Positions 36,801 to 49,094 of a stretch of 64,000 nucleotides of DNA are shown here, one piece after another. Position 1 is the first letter of the stretch; each line of letters opens with the position of its first letter. The position numbers were made by a program, and so were the translations under genes. A model generated the notes under the pieces. The model ran no database searches. It had not been told where the DNA came from and saw only the letters and a list, made by a program, of their open reading frames with translations. The DNA is from Octopus sinensis (Eukaryota). The stretch covers positions 39,494,001 to 39,558,000 of the forward strand of contig NC_042998.1 in the NCBI RefSeq assembly GCF_006345805.1. Direction: 5' to 3'.

Positions 36801-37615
36801 TGGTACTTTGCTCCATCCACAGATCTGGTCAGTGGCTGTCAGCAGATTGTCCCGTAGGAATCTCCAGTTGTCTTCCACATTTAGTGAAGCTATATCCCCT
36901 TCTATTTCGTCAAAGGCCTCGAGTAGTATGTCTCTAAATCTCTGTCCATTTGCAGGATGTTTAAGCTTCCAGACCCTTCTCCTCCAAGCTGGTCTTCTTC
37001 TGGGCAACCATTTAGCTCTGATCCTGAAGTCGCTAACCACTAATCTATGTTGGGGAGTACATTCTTCGCCTGGAAAGGTTTTGGCATTTATAATCAGCCC
37101 TCTTTCCCTTTTTCTGGCAAGGATGTAGTCAATCTGGCTGGTGTGTCTGCCAGAACGGTAGGTGACTAGGTGAGAGGTGGGTTTCCTGAAGTTGGTATTG
37201 CAGACCATAAGGTCATTTGCATCGCAGAACTCCAGCAGCCTGGTTCCCTCCTCATTACGAGCCAAAACCGTAGCCTCCATGGACGCCATGGAAGCCCCCG
37301 ACATGTCGTCCAACATGTCCATTGAAATCACCTGCCACAAAGAGAAGGTCACTGTCATTTGTCAATGAGGTAGTCCGCAATAGGGTGTCATAGAATTGGT
37401 CTTTTTGTCCTTCCGGTAGCCCTGGTTGAGGGGCATATGCCGAGATGATGGTAGCTGTCCTATGGTGAAGGACTAATCTAATTTTAATTATTCTGTCACT
37501 TACTCTGACTACCTCGATTACCTTACCTACCCATTTCTCCGCAAGAAGTATACCCACGCCCCCGTCCCCGTCAGTGTTCCCTGCCCAGAAAATCTTGTAC
37601 CTGTGTTCCTTGTGT
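33840..37615 (-). mobile_element. Near full-length RTE LINE (APE endonuclease + RT with PHD-type insert), one frameshift near 37260, 5'-truncated; in PMF1 intron 3
   Basis: ORFs 37255-37650 and 34722-37358 together give 'GVGILL', 'SAYAPQ', 'GDFNGHVG', 'QIDYIL', 'QHRLV', 'QFGF', 'FVDMEKAFDRVP', 'GVHQGSVLSP', 'YADD', 'FRYLG'; (GAT)n tail. Confidence 0.95.
34065..34640. repeat. Three tandem copies of a 192-198 bp unit inside the LINE 3'UTR
   Basis: Marker ggtgtatttt recurs at 34073, 34271, 34463. Confidence 0.9.
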
Positions 37616-38329
37616 GTGCATATTAAAGCAGGGCTTCCACCAGCAAACAAATATGTTCTGTCAGCCTGAACAAAGGCATTCAGTAACTGCTTGAGGTCCC
37701 TGTGTAGTCAGACAGCTGGAAGGAGAATGGACAGCACTGAAATCCCTTGGCTAGTATTCATTTTCAGCTGAGAAGATTGGAGTAACATGGAAAAGAGTGC
37801 CTTGCTCAAAAACACAATGTATTGAAGAGGCCTTGCAAGTCTGAGCCAAACACTCTTAACAACTAGACCCCCATACATCTTCAGACATCATGTAATAGAC
37901 ATGTCACAAGGGACTCTTCCCTGCCTGGAAGAAAATGAAAGAACTGTCTCCAATATTTCACTGGTGTTGTATCAACAATAAGTGAAAAACAAAGATGATT
38001 CAGGTATTATACCTTTATGTGTGTGTACACACACACATATATATATATATATGCACACACACACACATTATATATGTGTGTGTGTGTGTGCATGCATACA
38101 TATTATATGTGCATACATATATATATATGCATATATATATACACACACACACAAACATATATATATATAAAACCGAGAATGTCTGTCTGTCTGTTTCCCT
38201 AAAACTTGAGAACTACACAATCAATTTCATTCAAATTTTACCTTTCATCCTCTATAACTGTGGAGGGAACTTAGACTCAGAAGATACAGAACAAGGAGGT
38301 GAAATACGATCATTGGATATTGAGTGTCA

Positions 38330-40030
38330 CATAGGCAATGACAAGTGATTGAGACCTTTGAAGATTTGCTTCAGAAGAGACATCAAGCCAAATGAAATCA
38401 TAGTTATGGTCAGTGCTAGTGACACATAAAAGGAATCTGTACCAGTGGCACGTGAAAGGCACCCAGTAAAGTTTATGGAATGGCTGGCATAAGGAAGAGT
38501 ATTCAACTGTAGAAACCAAACCAAAACAGGTAGGGGCCTGGTACAGCTCTCCAGCTTACCAGTTCCAGTCAAACTGTCTAACCCATGCCAGCATGGAAAG
38601 TGGATGCTAAATGATGATGATGATATATGGATCCTGCTGGGTTTTTAGCAACCCTCCTCACCAAGCCAGCCTAGTGGGGTGCTGGTTTTGTTGCCAACAA
38701 TCCAAGCATGCCACAAGTTGTACTGGATTGCATGTTACCAGTAGCACTCTTGAGATACCTCACAAGTGACCTGATACAAAACCTGTCGAAAAGACAGTTG
38801 AGTCTAATGCATGTTCAAAAACTATCCAGCAATAACATGGCTACCCCCACTCAGCTTTGTCTCTAGGAGAAGGTCACTCAGGTATAAAACCAGATATGCA
38901 GGGAATGGCATTGGACATTTTAGGGATCTTTTGTTCATGCTTGAGATCATGGCGCTCCCACATTCTTGAGCCTATGACCTGTATTGACACTGGATATCTT
39001 GCCCTCACTCGTCTCTGGATCATGTCGGTAGGGTGGAGAGGGTCTGTGAGATACAATGCAAGCTTTATTGGACCTGAAAGTTTAGGAAGTGCAACATTCG
39101 CTAAGGTGACTATTGAATGCCCAGTCGAGTAGGAGGGTGTCACAGTGAACAGGGAAACTGCAGAAGTGACTGCTGGCACAAAGATCTCGTGTACAGGCAT
39201 TGCTGGCATTTTGCTTGGACAATTGTCAGTGATGGTCTTCCTTCATCACAATCATCGTGTGTGTGTGTGTGTGTGTATACATACATATGTACTGGTGCCA
39301 TGTAAAAAGCACCCAGTCCACATTCTGTAAAGCAGTTGGCATTAGGAACAGCATCCAGCCATAGAAACCATGCCAAAACTGACAACTGGAAGCCAGGTAG
39401 CTTTCTGGCTTGCCAGCTCCTGTCAAACCGTCCAACCCATGCCAGCGTAGAAAACAGATGTTAAATGATGAGGATATATGCACATACACATCATCATCAT
39501 CATCATCAACAACAATTAACATGTTTTCTATTACCAAGTCTCCTACTGTTCTTATTGTTCTATTCCTGTCACTATACTCTCATCCAGATTCTCTCTTTCT
39601 CATGCTTTTAACAATTGAAAATAATTTAGAGTTAAGAGGACTTCCAGTCTGCTGAGAACAAGACAACATTTCCAGAGCCAGTGGTACCATAAGAAAAATA
39701 CACTTGGTACACATTGTAAAGAGGTGAGTATTAGAAAGAGCCTCCAGCTGTAGAAACTCTGTCAAATATGGAAATGTATCAGTGGGACTTGGTCCTGCCA
39801 CCCACCTAGAAAGGGAAGTGATTCCAACCATGACTTACCAGAGTAGATGTCATCATCATCATTTAATATCCTTGATGGCATGAGCAGGAGGGCTTCACAG
39901 GAGCTGGTAGGGCCAGATGCAGCACCAAGCTCCATTGTCTGTTTTGCCATAGTTATTACAGCTGGATGCCCTTCCTAATGCTAACCACTTTCCAGAGTGT
40001 TCTTGGTGCTTTTTACAAGGCACCAGTACC
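38330..40030. mobile_element. Cluster of RTE-tail copies (38330-38625 +, 39290-39470 +, 39720-39800 +, 39850-40030 -)
   Basis: Recurrent 'catccagctgtagaaac' and 'aacccatgccagcatgg' motifs. Confidence 0.75.
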
Positions 40031-40079
40031 AACTGGGTCCCACTGCAACAGTGCATACCCCAACACCCGGCCACCTCTG

Positions 40080-40270
40080 ATAATCATTTCAAATTTCAGC
40101 ACAATGCTGGCAATTTTGAAAGGAAGAGGTTAGTTAACACAAGTGACCCCAGTACTTGACTGGTATTTTATTTTATTGACCCTAAAGGGACGAAAAGGCT
40201 GGATTTGAACTCACAATGTTAAGTACCAGAAATGCTGCAAGACACTTTTTTCTGCCATTCCAATGATTCT
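40080..40270 (-). mobile_element. SINE remnant
   Basis: 'gaccccagtacttgactggta...ttattgaccc' core; B-box-like GAGTTCAAATCC on the minus strand. Confidence 0.55.
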
Positions 40271-40341
40271 ACCAATTTGCTTCCAGCCCACCTCTAATAA
40301 ATACATCGACTCAAGTCAATTTATCATTTTACTTTACTTAC

Positions 40342-40445
40342 CAAGCTACATCCGTCTTTTGAGCTTTGGAGGATTTGATTCTTTTGTTTAAATCTTTCAT
40401 TATTTCCATCAGGTTTTCCTCTTCCAACATTGTTTCAATCTCCAT
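40342..40445 (-). CDS. PMF1: PMF1 coding exon 3: MEIETMLEEENLMEIMKDLNKRIKSSKAQKTDVA(W)
   Basis: AG acceptor, donor TG|GTAAGT, phase 0-2; matches human 'EEISDIKEEGNLEAVLNALDKIVEEGKVRKEPAW'. Confidence 0.92.
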
Positions 40446-40984
40446 CTAATTTAGAAAACAATGAACAAAAAATTACATTTTACAGAAGCACAAACATACA
40501 CACAACACACACACACACAGAACAAAAATAAAATAGAAATACAAAGTAAAGAGCTATGTAACAACCATGTCTTTATGAATGAAGAATATGTATTACTTAA
40601 CCCCAGCTCAGCCTTGACCGAGCAGATCTATTTTGAAAGGTAGTTGAGTTGTGAGACCTTATGTGTTCAAGATGTTTCTTTTTCTTTTTAAGATAGCAGG
40701 ACCTGACTCGAGATTTAGTTGCTTTTTTCCAGCAAATTGAGCAACAATGTAGAAGCAATGCCATTAGGATGAGCAGCAGTAATATTACAAATGGCAGAGA
40801 GAGGGGGAGAGAGAACAATGATATTAGATATCATTGTAGTTAGAGAAAGGAGCAAACAAAAGCTGAAAAATACACAGCAAGAGGACAGGATAAAGATGCT
40901 TCCTTAATTCTTACTCAACCATGTCTTTCATTCTACAGTGAGGACAAAGAGTCAGTGCTGATAATTTATTGTAGTGGCTATGTG

Positions 40985-41165
40985 GAAACGAGTGGTCTAT
41001 TGGTTAGGGTGTTACGTTCTTGATCACCAGATCGTGGATTTGCTTCCTAGACTGATGTGTTCTTGAGCAAAACATTTCAAGTTGTACTAGTGTTGTGTGG
41101 AGACCAGCACGACAAAGAATAGACCCAACATTTCCTCTGCAAGTCATAAAAGGCGACTGAAAAGA
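40985..41165 (+). mobile_element. tRNA-derived SINE remnant
   Basis: gtggtctattggttagggtg (A-box-like), decayed B box, 'gtgttcttgagcaaaaca' core. Confidence 0.55.
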
Positions 41166-41849
41166 GGTCAAGGTAGGATTTTCACTCTGACTTTGAAAAA
41201 CCCTCACCAGCAACAACTACCCAAACAGCCCCATAGCTTGGAGGGTTGTTGCCAGAGTGGTACAAAGATATCATCTACTAGGAGTAGGGAATCCCTAACA
41301 AAATGGTGGATGCAGTGATGCACTGCTACAGCACATGCCCCCCCACCCCCATGCTACCATTTCTACTGCTGCTGCTGCTGTGAGTTTATGTCACTCAGGT
41401 GATTAGCTTTCTTTTAGAAGCAGTCAAAAGACATTTGTGACTGTAGCAGCAGAAGCAGCACTATTTCAGGTGCGAGAAAAGTTTTCCACTGCTGATGTTG
41501 AGTTTTGTTAAGTTCATAGTTGATATAGAAAAAAGAATGCAGGCTTTCCTGAGTATGAAGAAATTTCAAGATGCTATTGGTTCTAGAAATGAGGAAAGAA
41601 CAAGGCTACTTGGCATTCTGTGATACACATGATTTTGATGATCTGCAACACTAATTTCAGAAAAGCAATCAAGCACCCGACTCTTTATAAATTTGATAAA
41701 CACACAATCAACAGATCAACAGCCAATCCTCAATATAATATTATTTGTACGTGTTCCCTTGGCAACCAATTAAAATGATCTTGGAGTTAGAGGTTAGGGT
41801 TAGCATTTAAAGGTAGAGACTCATTGCCAACATTAACCTGTTGTTTCCT

Positions 41850-42415
41850 TTCATCATCATCATTGTCGTTTAATGTCTGCTTTCCATGCTGGCTTGGGTT
41901 GGACAGTTTGATTGAGGACTGGCAAGCCAGAAGGCTGCACCAGGCTCCAATCTGATCTGACAAAGTTTCTACAGCTGGATGCCCTTCCTCATGCCAACCA
42001 CTCCAAGAGTGTAGTGGGTGCTTTTACATGCCACTGGCAGGGAGGCTAGTCAAGAAGTTCTGGCAACGACCGCACTCAAAAGGTGTTTTTTACGTGCTAC
42101 CTGCATGGGAGCCAGTCTGGCGGCACTGGCAATGACCACACTCGAATGTTGTTTTTCACGTTCCACTGGCACATGTGCCAATGATCACATTCGAATGGTG
42201 CTTTTTACGTTCCACCGGTACTGAAGCCAATCCGTGGCCCTGGCAACGATCACGCTTAGATGTGCTTATAACATCGCACTGGCACGAGTGCCAATCAGGC
42301 AGTACTGCCATCGGCCATGTCAGTGATTTTGATTTCACTTGCCTCAATAGGTCTTCGCAAGCAAACTTTATTGTCCAATGAATGAGGGGTACTCATAAGT
42401 GGGCTGCTTACACCC
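41850..42415 (-). mobile_element. RTE 3'UTR/tail copy with several internal subrepeats
   Basis: (CAT)n at about 41852; repeated ggtgcttttacgt...ccactggcac modules. Confidence 0.85.
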
Positions 42416-43388
42416 CTTGCTCAGATGTGCTTTTCATTAAATATTTTCATCTTTCAATGGAGAATAACAGTCTGTTGTAATTTTCCTTATAATGCATATC
42501 GAGAACAAAAACCAAAAACAAAAAAAAACACCATAAAATTGTGGCTGCATTGTAGAAAACGAATTGATCTGATTGGCTAAAATTGACTTTTACTTGTTTC
42601 AGTTATTAGACAGCATGAAGAATTTTAGTTGAACAAATCAACCCCAAGACTTTTTTTAAAGTCTGGTAGTTATTCTATAGGTGTCCTTTGCTGAACCTCT
42701 AAGTTACAGAGATGTAAACACCTCAACACAAGCTGTCAAATGGCAGTGGGGGACAAACACAGACACAAGGACACACATACAAGCTGTATGTATATACACA
42801 CACACATACACATACATGCCACTTTCTGCCCAACCACTGTGCTTTCTCACCAAGACCTTAATCCAGCTGGCATTCATGTACATCCAAGCTATGTACACAC
42901 ACATAAGCTGGTTCTGCTTGCTTCCTCACTTCACCCATAGAACATCCGATTGTATTCTGCTGACTCTAACCTGTCTTAATTTAATCTAACTTCAACTGAA
43001 TCTAATTTAATTTATTGCTTGCCCTTTCTCTCCTCCTTTTGCCATTGTGTAAAACTCATCCGAATCGCCTCTCTCTTCGTTACTGCCATGGCATCAAAGT
43101 CATTTCAATGTTTCCTTATCTGCAATGAGCCCGTCCTTACCAACCCCCCCACCACCTATCCCAGAAACCTCTCATGGCAACTGTTCCTCCCCTCCCCCAC
43201 CCCCACCAATGCCACCCGTATTATTGTTGCCACACAACACTGTGGCTTGTTTACTTTGCATCAAAGAAAACAAAGCTAAATGTGACTAAGCAGTTTTTAT
43301 TGCTCAGCTAATTATTGGGCCAATTAACTCGATATAATGAAACAACTACCCTTATCTTATCTATTCATCTAACTTATGTAACAGCATT

Positions 43389-44190
43389 GGATCTTTTCCT
43401 TTTGAACGGCAGATGTCAACACAATTTCTAGTTAGCTAAACACTTTTAAACTTCGTATACTGGTAGAATGTGTTTATAAAACATAATTTTTTCTTGGCTT
43501 TATTGAGAAAATTCTATATGTTATAACATATTCCCACTTTAAAATCGAGCATTTTGGCAATTTTAACCAATCGCTCACCTCCATTTGGGGTGAAAAGATT
43601 CCGTACTGTATGAATATGCCCCTCATTTAAGAAACAGATTGGGTTTATTTACATTTGCGAAGAAAAAAAGATACCCTTCCCCCACCCCTAACTCTAACCC
43701 TAATCCTAAAATAGATTGAAATGCAATAGATCGATACTAGGGTCATAATTATGGGTGACAATTTCATACGACACCGCTACGGAAAATGGGATTTTTTTCT
43801 AGCATTATCAAATGAAAATGTCACCCATAATTATGGCCCTAGTATCGATCTATTGCATTTCAATCTATTTTAGGATTAGGGTTAGGGTTAGGGGTGGGGG
43901 AAGGGTATCTTTTTTTCTTCGCAAATGTAAATAAACCCAATCTGTTTCTTAAACGAGGGGCATATTCATACAGCACGGTATGTTTTGACTCCAAATGGGC
44001 GTATTTGATTGGTTAAAATTGCCAAAATGCTCGATTTTATAGCGGAAATATGTTACAAACTATAGAATTTTCTCAATAAAACCAAGAAAAAATGATGTTT
44101 TATAAACACATTCTACCAGTATACAAAGTTTAAAAGTGTTTAGTTAACTAGAAATTGTGCTGACATCTGCCATTCAAAAGGAAAAGATCC
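43389..44190. mobile_element. 802-bp foldback MITE (arms about 370 bp, short spacer), GGATCTTTT termini, 8-bp TSD
   Basis: Whole element is an inverted repeat; TSD ACAGCATT (43381-88) / GCAGCATT (44191-98). Confidence 0.9.
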
Positions 44191-44372
44191 GCAGCATTTC
44201 TATTAACACTGCTTGTACCAATGCTGGGACATAGCACCCACCTCGAATGCAGACAACAATAATTAACCAGTTGGTCCTTTTTTTTTTTGTTTTATGTATT
44301 TACTTATATTTGTACTAATATTGATTGTACTAAAGCTGATGTAGCACCCACTTCCAGTACAGGCAGCTAGTG

Positions 44373-44456
44373 TAACATGAATGATGGTGGATTAAATGGA
44401 TTAACATGAATGCTGGTGGATTAAATGGATTAACATGAATGCTGGTGGATTAAATG
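44373..44456. repeat. 29-bp minisatellite, about 3 copies
   Basis: taacatgaatgctggtggattaaatggat repeated. Confidence 0.9.
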
Positions 44457-44559
44457 AGGACAACTGTTGTGACATGCCAAAAGCCACAGTTTCCACTCCC
44501 CCCGTGTTACTTCCTGCCTCCTTTTACAGGTAGGCAAACAGAAAGGTAGGTCTGGTGAG

Positions 44560-47500
44560 GTTCTTGAGATACTTGAATGGGGGATGTGTTGATGTGTGTT
44601 GTATTGAAGAAGGTGAGGGAGAGTTTCAGCCAGTTTCCTCACAGGCAAAAGGCACAGATGTAAATTCTTCAGGGAGGATAACACTGATGGGGTAGGAGGT
44701 GTGGGCATGCTTCTAGCAGAGAAACAAGATGATTGAGGTTGACATGTGATGAGATATTTAAGCTAAGCTTAGTTTTACAGAGTTGCACAGTAGCAACCAT
44801 CTCTGCCCATGCCCCCCACAACTGGGACTGCTAAATGAACTAAACGACAGTCTATTTTGACATTCTTCTGCAGGTTACCTCAAAGAAGACTAGAGTGGCT
44901 GGTGATTTCAACGAACATGTTGGACAGCATCCAGGTGTCTTCTATGGAGTACATGGGGACCATGGAATTGGTTCCTAAAATGATGAGGGAACATGGCTGC
45001 AGGAGTTCTGTGATGCAACACCAACTTCAGGAAACAAGCGAGTCACCTGATAACCAACGAATCTGGTGACCATGCCAACCAGATTGACTACATTCTCACC
45101 AGGAAGCAAGATTTATGATTGCTGATAAATGCAAAGGCTTTCCCTGGTGAAGAATCTACCTCTCAACATAGATTAGCCATTAGTGATTTCAGACTACAGG
45201 CAAGACACATTCCAAGAAGCAAGTCAGTCTGGAAAAGGATGGGAGAGCCTCAGGATCCTCTGAATAGTCAGAGATTTACAGACACATAACACAGAAGATA
45301 ACTGGAAATTCCTATAGGGCAACTTACTGAGAGCCACAGACCAATTTGTGGCTCAGGCAAAGTCCCAACCAGACCTAGGGTTACATGGTGATAGAACAGT
45401 GGAGTTGACAGGGCCATTAGAGCAAAAAAACAGGCCTGGAAATGTGGCAGTAGCAAGGAACTAAATCAGGTAGCCAGAAGGAAAGCTAGAATGTAGGTAT
45501 ACCTAGCCAGTGGGGAAACAGAAAAGAAGTATGCCAATGTTCTGTAGCATGAGGACCAGTGGCTTGAAGTGTTTCAGCTTGCATGACAGGGTGTCAGGGA
45601 ATATTGTGATGTTGTTGGAGAGAAGTGCATTTGCATGGATGATGGTTCACTTGAAGTTAGTGACTCTGCTAAGAAAGAGGCTTGGAAAGGCTACTAAATG
45701 TAGAGAACTCATGGTGGAAGGAGAGTCTGCCTAAGATGGATCCAACAGAGGGACAGGCAATCAAATAGACAGTTTCTTGGTAGATAAAGCCATGAAGGAT
45801 ATGAAGATGGGGAAAGCCCTCGGCCCATCAGGAGTCACCATTGAGATGCTTAACCCTTTCACTACCAACCCGGCTGAAACCGGTTCTGGCTCTGAGTACA
45901 AATGTCTTGTTTTCATAAGTCTTGAATTAAAATCCTCCACCAAACTTTAGTCACAATTTATGTTCCTAACACTAGCTGAATGATAATTAAGTTATTTTAC
46001 GAAATTCTTTGTTATATTTAAAGTAATTGAAAGAAACACAGAGCATCTCAAAACAAATACAGTAACGAAAAGGTTAAAATACCTGGTTCTGTAGGTTAAG
46101 GTCTTATCACCCATGTGGTTAATGAGGTCATACACAAGAGTCATACCCAATGACAGGTATAGCAGCACCATAGTCAACTGCTATAAAGACAGAAATAATT
46201 ACAGAGCTATCAAATTGTTTGATCGGGTGATGAGAGTCACATAAAGGATCATAGCCCAACTAATTAGGAAGAGAATTAGTCTAGATGAGATGCAGTTGGG
46301 ATTTGTGCCAGGAGAAAGCACCACTGATGCTATATTCCTCATAAGGCAGCAGCAGGAGTAATAGCTAGTCAAAAATAAACCTCTGTACTTGGCTTTTGAG
46401 GACATGGAGAAAGCCTTTGACAGGGTACCCCGCTCCTTTATCTGGTGGTCAATGTGGAAACTAGGGATAGATGAGTGGTTGGTGAGAGCTGTACAAGTTA
46501 TGTACAGGGACGTTGTCAGTAAGATGAGGATTGGCAACTAGGATAGCGATGAAATCAGAGTACAAGTAGGAATTCACCAAGGATCAGTCTTCAGTCTCCC
46601 CACCCCCTTTTGTTCATCATAGTCCTCCAATCTATAATAGAGGAATTTAATGTCGGGCTAGCCCTGGGAGCTCCTCTATGCTGATGAACTTGTTCTTTTA
46701 GCTGAATCCCTACCAGAACTAGAGAAGAAGTTTCAGAAATGAAAGCAAAATCTAAAATCAAAGGGAGTTAACCTAGCAAAAAACCAAAGTCTTAGTAAGT
46801 TGGAAAGCAAACAAATCACAAATCCCTTCAGGAAGACGGTACTGCTCAATATGTAGAAAGTGGAGGTAGAAACTTCATAGCTATGAACACATAAGACGTG
46901 CAGCAATATCAGAGGAAGGTTAACATGGAAAATAGTCTTTCTTGCGGAAGATACACAGGTACAATAAACACTAGAAATATACAGAAAATAAACTCCAACA
47001 AATGCCAGTGGGAATACTTAGAAGCAGTTGTTAGCTTTTATTATCTAGGTGACAGAGTCAGCAGTGGAAGTGGATGCTCCAAGAAACAGAAAAAGCTGGA
47101 CAAAGTTCAGAGAGCTTCTACCTTTGTTGCCAACAAAGGACCTCTCTGTCAGGATGAAAGGCAGATTGTATGATGTTTGTGTACAAATAGCCATGCTAGA
47201 CAGTAATGAAACACAGGCTGTGATTGCAAAGGACACACAAGGGTCTAAAAGAAATGAAGTTAGTATGTTCTGCTGGATGAGCAATATCAGTGTGTATGTA
47301 CAACAGAGAGTGTCTTGAGAGTAAAATTGGGCATAAGAGGCATCAGATATAGTGTGCAAGAGAGAAGAATGTGCTGGTATGGACATGGACAACTGCATTA
47401 AGAAATACCAATCTCTAACTGTGGAAGAAGTGGACACAGGAGGTGATGAAACATGACCTTTGAATGTTGGGTCTCATGGAGGTGATCAATGACAAGTGAT

Positions 47501-47765
47501 CAAGACGTTTGGCGATTTGCTGGGTTTGAGAAGCCAAGTGAGCTCGCAGTTGTGACTGGTGCTGGGGGAAGCATAAAAGGCATCCATACCAGTCACACAT
47601 AAAAAGCACCCACTACACACTTGGAACCATTAGCATTAGGAAGGGCATCCTGCTGTAGATGCCAAGAGCAATCAGACTGGAACCTGGCACAGTTCCCCGG
47701 CTTACCAGTTCCAGTCAAACTATCCAACCCATGTCAGCATGGAAAGCAGATGCTAAATGATGATA
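44560..47765 (+). mobile_element. Old, heavily mutated near full-length RTE LINE copy, interrupted by a MITE
   Basis: Collinear EN, RT and 3' tail homology to the long copy with many stops and frameshifts. Confidence 0.9.
45854..46073. mobile_element. piggyBac-type MITE, 220 bp
   Basis: TTAA|CCCTTTC...GAAAAGG|TTAA; removing it restores LINE sequence gagatgcttaa-aatac. Confidence 0.85.
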
Positions 47766-47960
47766 ATGACGATACACACACACATACATTTATATACATT
47801 ATATATAATAATATATATAATATATTATATATATATATATATATAGCAATTAAGGACAACTACTTAAAAGGAAAACTTAACAGAAATTGCATAGATAGCG
47901 TAAAAACCTCATAGAAAAAAATTTCGAAAATAATTATTTCTTTTGACATATTAATAATTT

Positions 47961-48251
47961 ATATAGAGGGCATATACATACATGCCAGGAGGCATTCTAC
48001 ATACCACGCCATACGCTAAGAGGGACAATCAGTCATTTCTACCAAAAATATTACTCATCCTACCGACTGCAATTTTTCAAGAAAGACATTAAAAATATAT
48101 AGACCTGGTCTATATATTTTTAAATGTCTTTCTTTGAAAAATTGCATTCGGTAGATTAGTAATATTTTTGGTAGAAATGACTGATGTCCCTCTTAGCGTA
48201 TGGCGTGTTATGTAGAATGCCTCCTGGCATTATGTATAATGCCCTCTATAT
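47961..48251. repeat. 291-bp near-perfect palindrome with 1-nt loop at 48106
   Basis: 145-bp arms centred on atatatagacc-t-ggtctatatat; about 10 differences by eye. Confidence 0.9.
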
Positions 48252-49094
48252 ATAAATATTATATATATTATATACATATATATCCATCATACACACACAC
48301 ACACACATATTATATACTTCCGTCATATTTCTCAACATTTCTGTCAACATACACCACTCTGCTCTCACTACTTCCATCCACTACAAACACACTGACTCAC
48401 ACTCCTACCTTAACAACTCCTCTTCTCATCCTACCCACACCAAGCGTTATTATCTCCCCTTCTTTCAATCTCTCCTGTCAAACCTTTTTTTCCCCCAACC
48501 ATTCGCCATGCTTGACCGCTAAATCCACAAGTTTTTTTATCCTCTCTCTCTTTACTTTCTCTTATTCTTTTCTGTTGAAGAGCATAGGCTTGAAATGTAA
48601 AAGACTTACTAAATTTCCCAAGCATTAAACTAATACAACCTTTTTGTTGTTCATACATCTGTCTTTGTCTTTTGTTTTTCTGTAAATTTCAACTAATATT
48701 ATATATATATATATATAATATATATTATATATATATATAATTAAAATTCAATACAATGAAAAACAGTTACCTTTTTAGGATGGAAAACATCCAATTTTTC
48801 ATTGGTTTGTCAGTTAAATTACCCAATATGGCAGAGAAAAATTTTCAGAATTCAAATGGGTATACATTCAATATACAAAAATTGAAAGAAAATGGAGACA
48901 AATATTAATCCTACAAATTGTTTCAATTCAGACCCAATAATGAATATTGGATATGAATAATGAATACTGCCAATGCCACTTGACTGGCTCCAATGCTGGT
49001 GGCATGTAAAAAGCACTCACTGCACTCTCAGAGTGTTTAGCACTAGGAAGGGCATCCAGCTATAGAAACCTTGCCAAATCAGATTGGAGCCTAG

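Noticed and set aside
34969-37128. Several 100-140 aa ORFs antisense to the LINE ORF, repeated at 54413 and 55247
   Set aside because: Shadow ORFs of the RT coding strand; recurrence reflects copy identity
38740-39210. 111-aa and 91-aa overlapping ORFs in PMF1 intron 3
   Set aside because: No recognisable motifs or splice signals; probably an old LINE remnant
48770-48850. Candidate PMF1 exon 2 with a GTAACT donor
   Set aside because: No acceptor and no similarity; the true exon 2 fits at 52422-52527
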